From a virus (Duplodnaviria > Heunggongvirae > Uroviricota > Caudoviricetes), in IMG/VR virus record IMGVR_UViG_2540341091_000003, positions 1 through 43,247 of that record: a DNA stretch of 43,247 bases; one strand, 5' to 3'. How positions within the stretch are numbered: the stretch's first letter is position 1; every line of letters begins with the position of its first letter. The notes under the pieces were generated by a model, which was not told the DNA's origin, ran no database searches, and was given only the letters and a program-made list of their open reading frames with translations. A program made the position numbers and the translations under genes. Shown piece after piece: positions 26,891 to 37,964 of this stretch.

Positions 26891-28370
26891 CACCATTCCG
26901 TCGAATACGCTGGTTCCGCTGTTTTATGCGGAAATGGATAACCAGGCGGCGAATACTGCACAGGACAGCGGAGCATCGCTGCTGATTGGTCATGCCAATA
27001 ACGGTGCAGAGATTGTTGCCAACAGTCTGGTGCTGATGCCGTCGGCAGACTATGCACGCCAGATTTGTGGTGCGGGAAGTCAGTTGGCGCGTATGGTCGA
27101 GGCTTATCGCCAGACCGACCCGTTTGGTGAGCTGTATGTGATTGCCGTTCCGGAAGCCACAGGCGCGGCGGCAACGGTTACGCTGACGGTGACCGGGGAA
27201 GCAACCGAAAGCGGCACGGTGAATGTCTATGTGGGACGTACTCGCGTGCAGGCTCCGGTGACCAACGGCGATAACGTCACGACGATTGCCAGCAGTATCC
27301 AGGATGCCATCAATGCCGTTCCGACTCTGCCGTTTACAGCTTCATCTTCGGCTGGTGTTGTCACGCTGACCGCGCGTCATAAGGGGCTTTGCGGGAATGA
27401 AATTCCTGTCAGCCTCAATTACTACGGCTTTGGTGGGGGCGAAGTGCTGCCTGCGGGCGTACAGATTGCCGTGGCGACGGGGACCGCCGGAACGGGCTCT
27501 CCTGTTCTCACCGGCGCGGTGGCTGCAATGGCGGATGAGCCGTTTGATTATATCGGCCTGCCGTTCAACGACACGGCCTCCGTTAACACACTGGTGACCG
27601 AGATGAACGATACCAGCGGTCGCTGGAGCTATGCGCGTCAGCTGTATGGTCATGTGTATACGGCAAAGATCGGCACGCTGTCAGAACTGGTGACCGCAGG
27701 TGACCAGTTTAACCAGCAGCACATTACCCTGGCGGGGTACGAAAAAGAGACACAGACGCCTGCCGACGAGCTGGCGGCAAGCCGTACCGCCCGCGCAGCG
27801 GTGTTTATCCGCAACGATCCGGCACGTCCCACGCAGACCGGTGAGCTGGTGGGTATGCTGCCTGCGCCGAAGGGGAAACGGTTCACGATGACCGAGCAGC
27901 AGACCCTGCTGTCTCATGGCGTGGCAACGGCGTATGTCGAAAGCGGGGTGCTGCGCATTCAGCGTGATGTCACCACGTACAGGAAAAACGCTTACGGGGT
28001 TGCGGATAACAGCTACCTCGACAGCGAGACGCTGCATACCAGTGCGTATGTACTGCGCAAACTGAAATCCGTCATTACCAGTAAGTACGGGCGTCACAAG
28101 CTTGCCAGCGACGGTACCCGCTTTGGTCCCGGTCAGGCGATTGTCACCCCGGCGGTGATCAAAGGGGAACTGCTGGCAACCTACCGTCAGCTCGAGCGTG
28201 CGGGGATCGTGGAAAACTACGAACTGTTCAAGCAGTACCTGGTTGTGGAGCGTGATGCCAGCGATCCAAATCGCCTGAACACGCTGTTCCCGCCTGACTA
28301 TGTTAACCAGCTGCGTGTCTTTGCCGTGGTTAACCAGTTCCGTCTTCAGTATTCAGAGGAGTCCGCATAA
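26874..28370 (+). CDS. Contractile tail sheath protein (Mu gpL-like)
   Basis: 498 aa followed directly by tube, chaperone and tape-measure genes. Confidence 0.8.
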   Translation: MTISFNTIPSNTLVPLFYAEMDNQAANTAQDSGASLLIGHANNGAEIVANSLVLMPSADYARQICGAGSQLARMVEAYRQTDPFGELYVIAVPEATGAAATVTLTVTGEATESGTVNVYVGRTRVQAPVTNGDNVTTIASSIQDAINAVPTLPFTASSSAGVVTLTARHKGLCGNEIPVSLNYYGFGGGEVLPAGVQIAVATGTAGTGSPVLTGAVAAMADEPFDYIGLPFNDTASVNTLVTEMNDTSGRWSYARQLYGHVYTAKIGTLSELVTAGDQFNQQHITLAGYEKETQTPADELAASRTARAAVFIRNDPARPTQTGELVGMLPAPKGKRFTMTEQQTLLSHGVATAYVESGVLRIQRDVTTYRKNAYGVADNSYLDSETLHTSAYVLRKLKSVITSKYGRHKLASDGTRFGPGQAIVTPAVIKGELLATYRQLERAGIVENYELFKQYLVVERDASDPNRLNTLFPPDYVNQLRVFAVVNQFRLQYSEESA

Positions 28371-28726
28371 TGGCCCGTATCGGGGGAACCTGTTATTTCA
28401 AAATTGACGGTCAGCAGCTATCGCTGACCGGCGGCATTGAGGTGCCCATGAACAGGACGGTCAATGATGACATCATCGGCCTGGACGGTTCAGTGGACCG
28501 CAAGGAAACTCACCGTGCGCCTTATGTCAAAGGGACCTTCAAGGTGCCGAAGAATTTTCCGGTGAGCAAAATCACCTCGTCTGATGAGATGACCATCACT
28601 GCCGAGCTGGCGAACGGTCAGGTCTATGTATTGTCGTCAGCCTGGCTGCACGGTGAAGCGAACCATAATGCCGAAGAAGGCACGGTCGATATTGAATTTC
28701 ACGGTGAAGAAGGGGATTACCAGTAA
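28370..28726 (+). CDS. Tail tube protein (Mu gpM-like)
   Basis: 118-aa ORF immediately after the sheath with an ATGA overlap. Confidence 0.7.
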   Translation: MARIGGTCYFKIDGQQLSLTGGIEVPMNRTVNDDIIGLDGSVDRKETHRAPYVKGTFKVPKNFPVSKITSSDEMTITAELANGQVYVLSSAWLHGEANHNAEEGTVDIEFHGEEGDYQ

Positions 28727-29144
28727 TGAAAGAGCTTGAGTTAAAGAAACCGATTATCGCTCATGGTGAGACACTCTCCGTACTGGAGTTTGATGAACCC
28801 ACCGGGAAGGATGTCCGCGAGCTGGGGTATCCCTACCAGATGAATCAGGATGAGTCCGTCAGACTTCTGGCGCATGTGGTGTCGAAATACATTGTGCGGC
28901 TGGCGAAAGTGCCGCAAAGCTCTGTCGACCAGATGTCTCCGGCAGACCTGAATGCAGCGGCGTGGCTTGTGGCTGGTTTTTTCCTCCAGGCCTGACGGCT
29001 GAATACCTCACTGATCGCTTCTTTGACTGCGCCAGCTACTGGCGCATTAATCCCTTCGAATTGCTGAATATGCCGATCAGTGAAATTCCCTTGCTGGTCA
29101 GTCAGGCAAACAGGATAGAGCAGGAGAAACGCACACATGGCTGA
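28726..29144 (+). CDS. Tail assembly chaperone pair produced by a -1 programmed frameshift (short form 28726..28995; fusion continues to 29144)
   Basis: Two overlapping ORFs upstream of the tape measure; slippery heptamer T_TTT_TTC at 28977-28983 in the zero frame; the -1 frame continues FFPPGLTAEY... to 29144. Confidence 0.6.
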
Positions 29145-30972
29145 ATTTGAGCTTAAGGCGTTGATCACCGGTGTCGACAGGCTTTCTCCCGCGCTGTCGA
29201 AAATGCAAAAGAAAATCCGGGGATTTAAACGCCAGGCGGAAGAAGCGTCACAGGGTGGGCTGGCGCTTGGTGGCGGACTGGCTGCGGGTCTGACGCTTTC
29301 CCTGAAATCTTATGCCGATCAGGAAAACGCCGCCACCGGGCTGAAAGTTGCCATGATGGATGCGAACGGTGAGGTCGGAAAGAGCTTTCAGGACATCAAT
29401 AAACTGGCTATTGGCCTGGGTAACCAGCTACCCGGTACAACGGCTGATTTCCAGAACATGATGCAGATGCTGGTGCGTCAGGGGATCCCGGCAGAAAACA
29501 TTCTGGGTGGTGTGGGTAAAGCGACAGCTTATCTTGCGGTACAACTGAAAAAAACACCGGAAGCGGCTGCCGAGTTTGCCGCAAAGATGCAGGATGCTAC
29601 CGGAACGGCCTCAGAAGACATGATGGGGCTGTTCGACACAATTCAGAAGGCGTTTTATCTGGGCGTTGACGACACCAACATGCTGTCATTCTTCACTAAA
29701 ACCAGCTCTGTTCTGAAGATGGTGAATAAGGACGGTCTTCAGGCTGCACAGAGTCTTGCCCCCATCAGTGTCATGATGGATCAGATGGGGATGAACGGGG
29801 AGTCGGCAGGTAATGCCCTGCGAAAAGTTATCCAGTCCGGATTAAGCGTTAAGAAAATCAGGGACGTCAATAAAATCATGGCCCGCCAGAAACTCGGGGT
29901 ACAGCTCGATTTTACTGATGGCAAAGGGAGTTTTGGCGGTCTTGATAACATGTTCAGGCAACTGGCAAAGCTGCGAAAACTGACCGACGTTAAGCGAACC
30001 GGTGTACTTAAGGCAATATTTGGTGATGATGCCGAAACCCTTCAGGTGGTCAATGCTCTGATCGATAAAGGAAAGGATGGTTACGATCAGATCCAGCAGA
30101 AGATGCATAAACAGGCCAGCCTGAATAAACGTGTTCAGGCACAGCTTGGTACGCTGTCCAACCTGTGGGAGGCAATGACGGGGACCGCAACTAACGGTCT
30201 TGCAGCTATTGGCGGCGCATTTTCTGGTGACGCTAAAAATATCACGCAATGGCTGGGGGAGTTGGGGGAAAAATTCACGAAGTTTGCGGATGAAAATCCC
30301 CGGGTTATTCGCGGCGTCGTCGGGCTTGCTGCCGGTCTTGCGATTCTGAAACTGGGATTGATGGGCGTGGGCAGTGCCATCAGCATTGTCAGCAGGATCA
30401 TGTCGATGACGCCGATTGGCATGATTGCGACGGCGATAGCCCTGGCTGCGGGATTAATTATCACTAACTGGGATGTTGTCGGACCTTATTTCAAGAAGCT
30501 CTGGGAAACCATTGGTCCTTATTTTGAGGCTGGCTGGGAACTCCTTAAGAAAGTTTTTGCCTGGTCGCCGCTGGGGATGGTGATCAATAACTGGGGGCCG
30601 GTTGTTAAGTGGTTTCAGGATATGTGGGACAAGCTGAAGCCAATTATTGAGTGGTTTACCGACAGTTCCGGAGACACGGTCGATGCCATTAACTCTGCGC
30701 AGTGGGGCGCGGGTGCTTATGATGCTTATGGGACGGGAATACCGGCACGGGGATACACACCTTATCCGGCAGTAGATCTGGCTCAGTCAAACAACGCCTC
30801 CGATGCCACAGGCCCGAATCCCTTCATGATTAATAAAGCTACTGCGCCAAAAGTTGATGGTGAGATCAAGGTCTCTTTTGTGAATTCGCCTCCGGGTATG
30901 CGGGTTATGGAAACGCGATCCAGCGGTTTTGATGTCAGCCATGATGTTGGCTATACGCGCTTTGGCAGGTAA
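29137..30972 (+). CDS. Tail tape measure protein
   Basis: 611 aa, Ala/Gly-rich and helical, with a C-terminal hydrophobic/Trp-rich segment; conserved position. Confidence 0.85.
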   Translation: MAEFELKALITGVDRLSPALSKMQKKIRGFKRQAEEASQGGLALGGGLAAGLTLSLKSYADQENAATGLKVAMMDANGEVGKSFQDINKLAIGLGNQLPGTTADFQNMMQMLVRQGIPAENILGGVGKATAYLAVQLKKTPEAAAEFAAKMQDATGTASEDMMGLFDTIQKAFYLGVDDTNMLSFFTKTSSVLKMVNKDGLQAAQSLAPISVMMDQMGMNGESAGNALRKVIQSGLSVKKIRDVNKIMARQKLGVQLDFTDGKGSFGGLDNMFRQLAKLRKLTDVKRTGVLKAIFGDDAETLQVVNALIDKGKDGYDQIQQKMHKQASLNKRVQAQLGTLSNLWEAMTGTATNGLAAIGGAFSGDAKNITQWLGELGEKFTKFADENPRVIRGVVGLAAGLAILKLGLMGVGSAISIVSRIMSMTPIGMIATAIALAAGLIITNWDVVGPYFKKLWETIGPYFEAGWELLKKVFAWSPLGMVINNWGPVVKWFQDMWDKLKPIIEWFTDSSGDTVDAINSAQWGAGAYDAYGTGIPARGYTPYPAVDLAQSNNASDATGPNPFMINKATAPKVDGEIKVSFVNSPPGMRVMETRSSGFDVSHDVGYTRFGR

Positions 30973-31032
30973 TGAAAAATTAATCTGTTAATGAGTCCCA
31001 CTCCGGTGGGATTTTTTATGTACGGAGTTTAT

Positions 31033-32361
31033 ATGACGTGGAAAGACAGACTTCAGGACGCGTCATTTCGCGGTGTGCCGTTTAAGGTTGAAGAAGAAAG
31101 TGCGGGAACCGGTCGTCGTGTGGAAACGCACGAATACCCGAACCGCGACAAACCCTATACTGAAGACCTGGGGAAAATCACTTTCCGCCCGTCCATCACG
31201 GCTTATGTAGTGGGAGATGACTGCTTTGACCAGCGCGATCGCCTGATTGACGCGCTGAATAAACCCGGTCCCGGCACGCTTGTCCATCCGACTTACGGTG
31301 AGCTGAAAGTCTGTGTTGACGGAGAGGTTCGGGTCAGCACATCGAAGAGTGAAGGGCGTATTGTCCGCTTTGACCTGAAGTTTGTCGAAGCGGGAGAACT
31401 CTCTTACCCCACATCAGGTGCGGCGACGGCGCAGACGCTGATGTCATCCTGTTCTGCACTGGATGACTGCATCAGTGACAGCTTCAGCGGTTTCAGTATC
31501 GATGGCGTGGCGGATTTTGTGCAGAACGACGTCGTCGGTAATGCCAGCACAATGCTTGGGTATGTTTCTGATGCGATGAAAGTGGTGGATTCTGCCGTAT
31601 CGGATGCTGCCAGGCTGTTGCAGGGGGATATCTCGGTACTTCTGCCGCCACCATCGTCAGGCAAAAATTTCGTTGAGCAGGTGCAGAAAATGTGGCGTAC
31701 CGGGAAACGCCTTTATGGTAACGCCAGCGACCTGGTCACCATGATCAAAACGCTTTCCGGTGTCAGCCTCGGCAGCGATCTGCAACCGCGCGGCGTCTGG
31801 AAAACGGACAGTAAAACCACCGCCACGGCGACGCATCAGCGTAACGAGGTTGCCAGTACCCTTCGTACGACCGCAATCAGCGAAGCGGCGTATGCCGTCA
31901 CCCGATTGCCTGCGCCAACAACTTCCGCGGTGATGCAGAATGCCGCAGTGGGGCAGTCAACAACACCTGCGCAGAGCACTGGCTGGCCTTCCGTCACGCA
32001 TCCGGCACTGAACAATGCACCGGCGGTGAAAAACACGGTTGACCTGCCAACGTGGGAAGAACTGACTGACATTCGCGACACACTGAATACGGCAATTGAT
32101 AAGGAGTTGTCCCGTACAACCAGTGATGCGCTGTTTCTGGCACTGCGCCGGGTGAAAGCAGATCTGAATGCGGATATCAACACGCGCCTTGAACAGTCTG
32201 CACGGATCATTCAGCGCACACCGGATGAGGTTTTACCCGCGCTGGTGCTGGCGGCGACCTGGTTTGATAACGCGGCGCGTGATGCGGACATTATCCGGCG
32301 TAATACCATTACGCATCCCGGCTTTGTGCCGGTGATCCCTCTGAAGGTGCCAGTGCAATGA
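31033..32361 (+). CDS. DNA circularisation protein (Mu N/gp43-like)
   Basis: N-terminus MTWKDRLQDASFRGVPFKVEEESAGTGRRVETHEYPNRDKPYTEDLGK matches the Mu N-type motif as I recall it. Confidence 0.7.
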   Translation: MTWKDRLQDASFRGVPFKVEEESAGTGRRVETHEYPNRDKPYTEDLGKITFRPSITAYVVGDDCFDQRDRLIDALNKPGPGTLVHPTYGELKVCVDGEVRVSTSKSEGRIVRFDLKFVEAGELSYPTSGAATAQTLMSSCSALDDCISDSFSGFSIDGVADFVQNDVVGNASTMLGYVSDAMKVVDSAVSDAARLLQGDISVLLPPPSSGKNFVEQVQKMWRTGKRLYGNASDLVTMIKTLSGVSLGSDLQPRGVWKTDSKTTATATHQRNEVASTLRTTAISEAAYAVTRLPAPTTSAVMQNAAVGQSTTPAQSTGWPSVTHPALNNAPAVKNTVDLPTWEELTDIRDTLNTAIDKELSRTTSDALFLALRRVKADLNADINTRLEQSARIIQRTPDEVLPALVLAATWFDNAARDADIIRRNTITHPGFVPVIPLKVPVQ

Positions 32362-33437
32362 ACGACAATGTCACGCTACGGGTAAATGGCCGGGAGTGGA
32401 ATGGCTGGACATCGGTGCGCATCGGTGCCGGTGTTGAACGACTGGCGCGGGATTTCAGTGTGGAGATCACCCGCCAGTGGCCGGGTGATGAGGGTATCAC
32501 CACGCTTCAGCCGCGCATTAAAAACGGTTCAAAAGTGGAGGTGCTGATTGGTGATGAGCTGGTGATCACCGGCTGGGTGGAGGCGACGCCCGTTCGTTAC
32601 GATGCCCGTTCGGTCAGCACCGGTATTGCCGGACGCAGTCTGACCGCTGACCTGATTGATTGTGCAGCTGAACCGACACAGTTTAACGGACGATCACTGG
32701 TACAGATTGCGCAGGCGCTTGCTGCGCCCTTCGGCATTGAGGTGGTGAACAGCGGTGCGCCGTCGGGTGTTATTCCTGATGTCCAGCCTGATCACGGTGA
32801 AACGGTGATCGAGGTGATTAACAAAATACTCGGTCAGCAGCAGGCGCTGGCTTATGACGACCCGCACGGCAGGCTGGTGATTGGCGGTATTGGCTCAACG
32901 CGGGCACATACCGCGCTGGTACTCGGGGAAAACATCCTTTCCTGCGATACGGAGAAGAGTATCCGGGAGCGGTTTTCTGTTTACCAGGTGGCGGGGCAGC
33001 GTGCCGGAAACGACGATGATTTCGGTGAGGCCACCACAACTGCGCTGCGGGCCCGCACAGAGGACGCATTTATTGCCCGTTACCGTCCGATGTATATCAG
33101 GCAGACAGGGCAGGCTACGGGGGCAGGCTGTATTGCGCGTGCTGACTTTGAAGCCCGACAACGGGCGGCGCGGACGGATGAAACCACCTATGTGGTGCAG
33201 GGCTGGCGACAGGGTAACGGTACGCTGTGGCAGCCCAACCAGCGGGTGATTGTCTTCGATCCGGTCTGTGGTTTCGACAATACCGAACTGCTTGTCTCGG
33301 AAGTCACGTTTACTCAGGACCAGAATGGCACCCTGACGGAAATCCGTGTCGGCCCACCTGATGCTTATCTGCCTGAACCCGAAGCCCCCGGCGCGCGGAA
33401 AAAGAAAAAAGCCAGAGTACAGGAGGACCCGTTCTGA
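32358..33437 (+). CDS. Baseplate hub protein (Mu P/gp44-like)
   Basis: 359 aa in conserved Mu-type order. Confidence 0.7.
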   Translation: MNDNVTLRVNGREWNGWTSVRIGAGVERLARDFSVEITRQWPGDEGITTLQPRIKNGSKVEVLIGDELVITGWVEATPVRYDARSVSTGIAGRSLTADLIDCAAEPTQFNGRSLVQIAQALAAPFGIEVVNSGAPSGVIPDVQPDHGETVIEVINKILGQQQALAYDDPHGRLVIGGIGSTRAHTALVLGENILSCDTEKSIRERFSVYQVAGQRAGNDDDFGEATTTALRARTEDAFIARYRPMYIRQTGQATGAGCIARADFEARQRAARTDETTYVVQGWRQGNGTLWQPNQRVIVFDPVCGFDNTELLVSEVTFTQDQNGTLTEIRVGPPDAYLPEPEAPGARKKKKARVQEDPF

Positions 33438-33985
33438 TGAAGGCGATTGAAGCCATGCAGCGACAACTCCTCGGCCTGATTGGGCGGGCGGTGGTGAAAA
33501 GCATCAGTGCCGCCACGAAATGTCAGACCGTGGATGTGTCCCTGATTGCCGGTGAACCCAAAGCCGGGGTTGAACATCTTGAACCCTACGGTTTTACCGC
33601 AAGGGCAAACAGCGGTGCGGAAGCGGTGGTGTTGTTTCCGGATGGTGACCGTTCTCATGCGGTGGTTGTTACGGTGTCGGACCGGCGCTACCGCCTGAAA
33701 GGGCTGCAGACGGGTGAGGTGGCTGTCTATGACGATCAGGGGCAGTCCGTGACGCTGACCCGGGAGGGGATCGTGGTGGACGGTGCAGGTAAAACGATCA
33801 CGTTTCGCAATTCACCTAAAGCACGTTTTGAAATGGACCTGGAAGTGACAGGACAGGTGAAAGACCTGTGCGACTCCAGCGGCACCACCATGTCAGCGAT
33901 GCGGCTTGCCTATAACGGGCATCGTCACAGAGAGAACGGTCAGGGCAGTAACACCGACAAACCTGATAAATCGATGGAGGCATGA
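33437..33985 (+). CDS. Baseplate spike / assembly protein V (Mu gp45-like)
   Basis: 182 aa with ATGA coupling in the conserved position. Confidence 0.7.
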   Translation: MKAIEAMQRQLLGLIGRAVVKSISAATKCQTVDVSLIAGEPKAGVEHLEPYGFTARANSGAEAVVLFPDGDRSHAVVVTVSDRRYRLKGLQTGEVAVYDDQGQSVTLTREGIVVDGAGKTITFRNSPKARFEMDLEVTGQVKDLCDSSGTTMSAMRLAYNGHRHRENGQGSNTDKPDKSMEA

Positions 33986-34410
33986 TGGAACTGTGGCTGA
34001 CGGTGAACGGTAAACGCACCTGCGCCAGCGCACCGCTGGATCCGCTGACCCGCGCCGTGGTGATTTCCCTGTTTACCTGGCGGCGGGCGGAGCCTGATGA
34101 CAACGCCGACGTCCCGATGGGATGGTGGGGGGATACCTGGCCTGCGGTACAGAATGACCGTTACGGCTCCCGACTGTGGCTGCTTCAGCGCAGCAAACTG
34201 ACCAATCAGCTGGTGCTGACGGTAAGGGGGTATATCCGCGAATGCCTGCAATGGATGATTGATGACGGCGTGGTGTCCCGTATTGATCTGGATATCCACC
34301 GCACCGGGATTAATGAACTGGGTAACAGTATCACTCTCTGGCGTCGTGACGGACCGGTAATGATTTCTTTTGATGATCTGTGGAGTGCGATAACGCATGG
34401 CGGACAGTGA
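33982..34410 (+). CDS. Baseplate protein (GP46 family)
   Basis: 142 aa; position and size. Confidence 0.65.
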   Translation: MMELWLTVNGKRTCASAPLDPLTRAVVISLFTWRRAEPDDNADVPMGWWGDTWPAVQNDRYGSRLWLLQRSKLTNQLVLTVRGYIRECLQWMIDDGVVSRIDLDIHRTGINELGNSITLWRRDGPVMISFDDLWSAITHGGQ

Positions 34411-35455
34411 ATTTCAGCGCCCGACGCTGGCAGAAAATATCAGTATGCTCCGTAACGATTTATTCGCCAGGCTGGACGTCAGCGACACGCTCCGGCGCAT
34501 GGATGAAGACGTGCGGGCAAAGGTGTATGCGGCGGCGCTGCATACGGTTTACGGGTACATCGATTATCTGGCAATGAACATGCTGCCTGACCTGTGCGAT
34601 GAGTCCTGGCTGGCGCGACATGCTGCGATGAAACGGTGTCCGCGCAAGGGGGCCACGGCTGCCAGCGGGTATATGCGCTGGGAAGGTGTCAGCGATGGCC
34701 TGAAGGTGACCGCCGGGAGTGTTATTCAGCGCGATGACCTGGTTCAGTACACGGCAACTGCCGATGCAACCAGCTCCGGTGGTGTCCTGCGCGTGCCGAT
34801 CGCCTGCTCAAGTGCAGGCGCGGTCGGTAACGCTGACGACGGTACGTCATTAATCCTGGTCACGCCGGTTAATGGTCTGCCGTCTTCCGGCGTGGCAGAT
34901 ACCCTGACAGGTGGATTTGATACTGAAGAGCTGGAAACGTGGCGTGCCCGCGTCATTGAGCGGTATTACTGGACGCCTCAGGGCGGGGCTGACGGGGACT
35001 ATGTCGTCTGGGCTAAAGAAGTGCCCGGCATTACCCGCGCATGGACATACCGTCACTGGATGGGAACGGGAACTGTCGGTGTGATGATTGCCAGCAGTGA
35101 CCTGATTAATCCCATTCCGGAAGAATCAACGGAAACGGCAGCAAGACAACATATCGGGCCACTGGCCCCGGTGGCAGGCTCTGATTTGTATGTATTCAGG
35201 CCGGTGGCACATACGGTGGATTTTCATATCCGCGTGACGCCGGACACACCGGAAATACGGGCTGCCATTACCGCGGAGTTGCGTTCGTTCCTGCTGCGTG
35301 ATGGTTATCCGCAGGGAGAACTGAAGGTATCGCGTATCAGTGAGGCGATTTCCGGTGCGAACGGGGAATACAGCCATCAGTTGCTTGCACCGGTGGACAA
35401 TATCTCCATTGCGAAAAACGAACTGGCGGTACTGGGGACGATTTCATGGACGTGA
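34397..35455 (+). CDS. Baseplate J-like wedge protein (Mu gp47-like)
   Basis: 352 aa; conserved order. Confidence 0.8.
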   Translation: MADSEFQRPTLAENISMLRNDLFARLDVSDTLRRMDEDVRAKVYAAALHTVYGYIDYLAMNMLPDLCDESWLARHAAMKRCPRKGATAASGYMRWEGVSDGLKVTAGSVIQRDDLVQYTATADATSSGGVLRVPIACSSAGAVGNADDGTSLILVTPVNGLPSSGVADTLTGGFDTEELETWRARVIERYYWTPQGGADGDYVVWAKEVPGITRAWTYRHWMGTGTVGVMIASSDLINPIPEESTETAARQHIGPLAPVAGSDLYVFRPVAHTVDFHIRVTPDTPEIRAAITAELRSFLLRDGYPQGELKVSRISEAISGANGEYSHQLLAPVDNISIAKNELAVLGTISWT

Positions 35456-36030
35456 CAAACGATGATTACATCCGCCTGTTATCGGCACTGTTGCCGCCCG
35501 GTCCGGCGTGGTCAGCCAGCGATCCGGCGATTGCCGGTGCGGCACCGTCATTAACCCGTGTTCATCAGCGTGCGGATGCCCTGATGCGGGAGCTGGATCC
35601 GCGCACCACCACTGAACTGATAAACCGCTGGGAGCGTCTGTGCGGTCTGCCGGATGAATGTATTCCGGCGGGAACGCAGACCCTTCGCCAGCGTCAGCAA
35701 CGGCTGGATGCGAAGGTTAACCTGGCGGGCGGCATCAACGAGGATTTTTATCTTGCACAGCTTGCTGCCCTGGGCAGACCAGATGCCACCATCACGCGAT
35801 ACGACAAAAGCACGTTCACCTGCTCATCGGCCTGTACTGACGCGGTGAATGCGCCGGAATGGCGGTATTACTGGCAGGTCAACATGCCAACCACCACCAA
35901 CACCACCTGGATGACATGTGGCGATCCCTGTGATTCCGCACTGCGTATCTGGGGTGACACCGTTGTCGAGTGTGTGCTTAACAAACTCTGCCCGTCGCAT
36001 ACCTACGTAATTTTTAAATATCCGGAGTAA
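35446..36030 (+). CDS. Baseplate/tail protein (Mu gp48-like)
   Basis: 194 aa upstream of the tail fibre gene. Confidence 0.65.
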   Translation: MDVTNDDYIRLLSALLPPGPAWSASDPAIAGAAPSLTRVHQRADALMRELDPRTTTELINRWERLCGLPDECIPAGTQTLRQRQQRLDAKVNLAGGINEDFYLAQLAALGRPDATITRYDKSTFTCSSACTDAVNAPEWRYYWQVNMPTTTNTTWMTCGDPCDSALRIWGDTVVECVLNKLCPSHTYVIFKYPE

Positions 36031-36033
36031 TCC

Positions 36034-36795
36034 ATGCATCGTATAGACACGAAAACCGCGCAGAAGGATAAGTTCGGCGCGGGTAAGAACGGTTTTACCC
36101 GTGGTAACCCCCAGACTGGCACGCCTGCCACCGATCTGGATGATGACTACTTTGATATGTTGCAGGAAGAACTCTGCAGCGTGGTGGAGGCATCCGGTGC
36201 CAGCCTGGAGAAGGCGCGGCACGACCAGTTGCTTACCGCGCTTCGTGCGCTGCTGTTAAGCCGCAAGAATCCGTTTGGCGATATCAAATCGGATGGCACG
36301 GTGAAAACAGCTCTCGAAAACCTTGGTTTGGGAGAAGGCTCTGCATTACCGGTTGGTGTGCCTGTTCCGTGGCCTTCAGCCACTCCGCCAACGGGGTGGC
36401 TAAAATGTAACGGAGCAGTATTTTCTTCTGAAAAGTACCCAAATCTGGCAAAGGCTTACCCAACATTAAAATTACCAGATTTACGCGGGGAATTTATTCG
36501 TGGCTGGGATGATGGGCGCGGGATTGACTCTGGTCGTAACTTATTATCTGCACAGAATGATGCAATTCAGAATATTGTTGGTTCTTTTGGGCGTACCCAG
36601 CTTTTTAGAGACGTACTTAGTTCAGGGCCATTTAGTCAACATGGGAAAGTATTATCTACAGGTCTAAAGGAAGCCGAAATTATTGATGGTTATGGCGCTT
36701 ATAACTGGACATTCGACGCATCTCGCTCAGTTCGCACAGCATCTGAAACCCGCTCCCGTAACATCGCCTTTAATTATATTGTGAGGGCTGCATGA
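36034..36795 (+). CDS. Tail fibre protein: constant N-terminus (to ~36322) fused to a variable C-terminal cassette inside the invertible segment
   Basis: The gene crosses the left recombination site (36311-36336); the C-terminal 155 aa are duplicated, inverted, at 37961..38433. Confidence 0.8.
   Translation: MHRIDTKTAQKDKFGAGKNGFTRGNPQTGTPATDLDDDYFDMLQEELCSVVEASGASLEKARHDQLLTALRALLLSRKNPFGDIKSDGTVKTALENLGLGEGSALPVGVPVPWPSATPPTGWLKCNGAVFSSEKYPNLAKAYPTLKLPDLRGEFIRGWDDGRGIDSGRNLLSAQNDAIQNIVGSFGRTQLFRDVLSSGPFSQHGKVLSTGLKEAEIIDGYGAYNWTFDASRSVRTASETRSRNIAFNYIVRAA
36311..36336. promoter_or_regulatory. Left crossover site of the invertible segment (gix/hix/pix-like 26-bp site)
   Basis: CTCTCGAAAACCTTGGTTTGGGAGAA; the inner half-site TTCTCCCAAACC (read on the minus strand) is shared with the right site, centre dinucleotide TT versus AA. 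Confidence 0.65.
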
Positions 36796-37279
36796 TAAGT
36801 AAAGCTGTATTAAATAATGAACTCATCGCCACAAAGGCCGGAGACATTACCGTTTATAATTATGATGGTGAAACACGGGAATATATTTCCACATCAACTG
36901 AATATCTTGCTGTGGGTGTCGGTATCCCGGCATATTCCTGTTTAGATGCCCCAGGCGCATACAAAGCTGGTTATGCAATCTGCCGATCTGCAGATTTTAA
37001 CTCATGGGAATATGTGCCAGACCATCGCGGTGAAATCGTCTTTAGCACCGAAACAGGAGAATCAAAAGAAATCACAGTTCCGGGTGATTACCCTGATAAT
37101 ACAACCACTATCGCCCCGTTAACGCCATACGATAAATGGGATGGTGAGAAATGGGTGACGGATACCGAGGCACAGCATAGCGCCGCAGTAGACGCGGCAG
37201 AAGCACAACGTCAGTCACTGATTGATACTGCAATGGCTTCCATTAGTCTGATTCAACTGAAATTGCAGGCCGGACGGAA
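36323..37279 (+). repeat. Left arm of a 957-bp perfect inverted repeat
   Basis: Every region I spot-checked by reverse-complementing 37477..38433 (both ends and two internal stretches) is identical to the corresponding part of 36323..37279. Confidence 0.85.
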
Positions 37280-37397
37280 ACTGACGCAGGCAGAAACAAC
37301 CCGACTTAACGCCGTGCTGGATTACATTGACGCGGTGACGGTAACAGATACCAGCACCGCGCCGGATATCATCTGGCCTGAACTGCCGGAGGCGTAG
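36792..37397 (+). CDS. Tail fibre assembly chaperone (Tfa)
   Basis: 201-aa ORF immediately after the fibre gene; N-terminal 163 aa are duplicated, inverted, at 37477..37964. Confidence 0.8.
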   Translation: MISKAVLNNELIATKAGDITVYNYDGETREYISTSTEYLAVGVGIPAYSCLDAPGAYKAGYAICRSADFNSWEYVPDHRGEIVFSTETGESKEITVPGDYPDNTTTIAPLTPYDKWDGEKWVTDTEAQHSAAVDAAEAQRQSLIDTAMASISLIQLKLQAGRKLTQAETTRLNAVLDYIDAVTVTDTSTAPDIIWPELPEA

Positions 37398-37476
37398 GCC
37401 ATTCAATATCTGGCGCACTGGAAGTATCGACCAGCTCCAGTGCGTCCAGATAATCCAGCCACAAATTATATTGAAC

Positions 37477-37964
37477 TTCCGTCCGGCCTGCAATTTCAGT
37501 TGAATCAGACTAATGGAAGCCATTGCAGTATCAATCAGTGACTGACGTTGTGCTTCTGCCGCGTCTACTGCGGCGCTATGCTGTGCCTCGGTATCCGTCA
37601 CCCATTTCTCACCATCCCATTTATCGTATGGCGTTAACGGGGCGATAGTGGTTGTATTATCAGGGTAATCACCCGGAACTGTGATTTCTTTTGATTCTCC
37701 TGTTTCGGTGCTAAAGACGATTTCACCGCGATGGTCTGGCACATATTCCCATGAGTTAAAATCTGCAGATCGGCAGATTGCATAACCAGCTTTGTATGCG
37801 CCTGGGGCATCTAAACAGGAATATGCCGGGATACCGACACCCACAGCAAGATATTCAGTTGATGTGGAAATATATTCCCGTGTTTCACCATCATAATTAT
37901 AAACGGTAATGTCTCCGGCCTTTGTGGCGATGAGTTCATTATTTAATACAGCTTTACTTATCAT
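37477..37964 (-). pseudogene. Inverted second copy of the tfa 5' region (163 codons), which then reads antisense into the 3' end of the plus-strand tfa
   Basis: The track ORF 37215..37964 is identical to Tfa for 163 aa and then becomes W/C-rich nonsense that is the reverse complement of the genuine Tfa C-terminus. Confidence 0.6.

Noticed and set aside
29842-30464. Minus-strand ORFs inside the tape measure gene
   Set aside because: Antisense to a long, well-supported structural gene.
37215-37964. 249-aa minus-strand ORF as a second complete tail fibre assembly protein
   Set aside because: Only the first 163 codons are Tfa; the remaining 86 are the reverse complement of the plus-strand tfa 3' end and read as W/C-rich nonsense.
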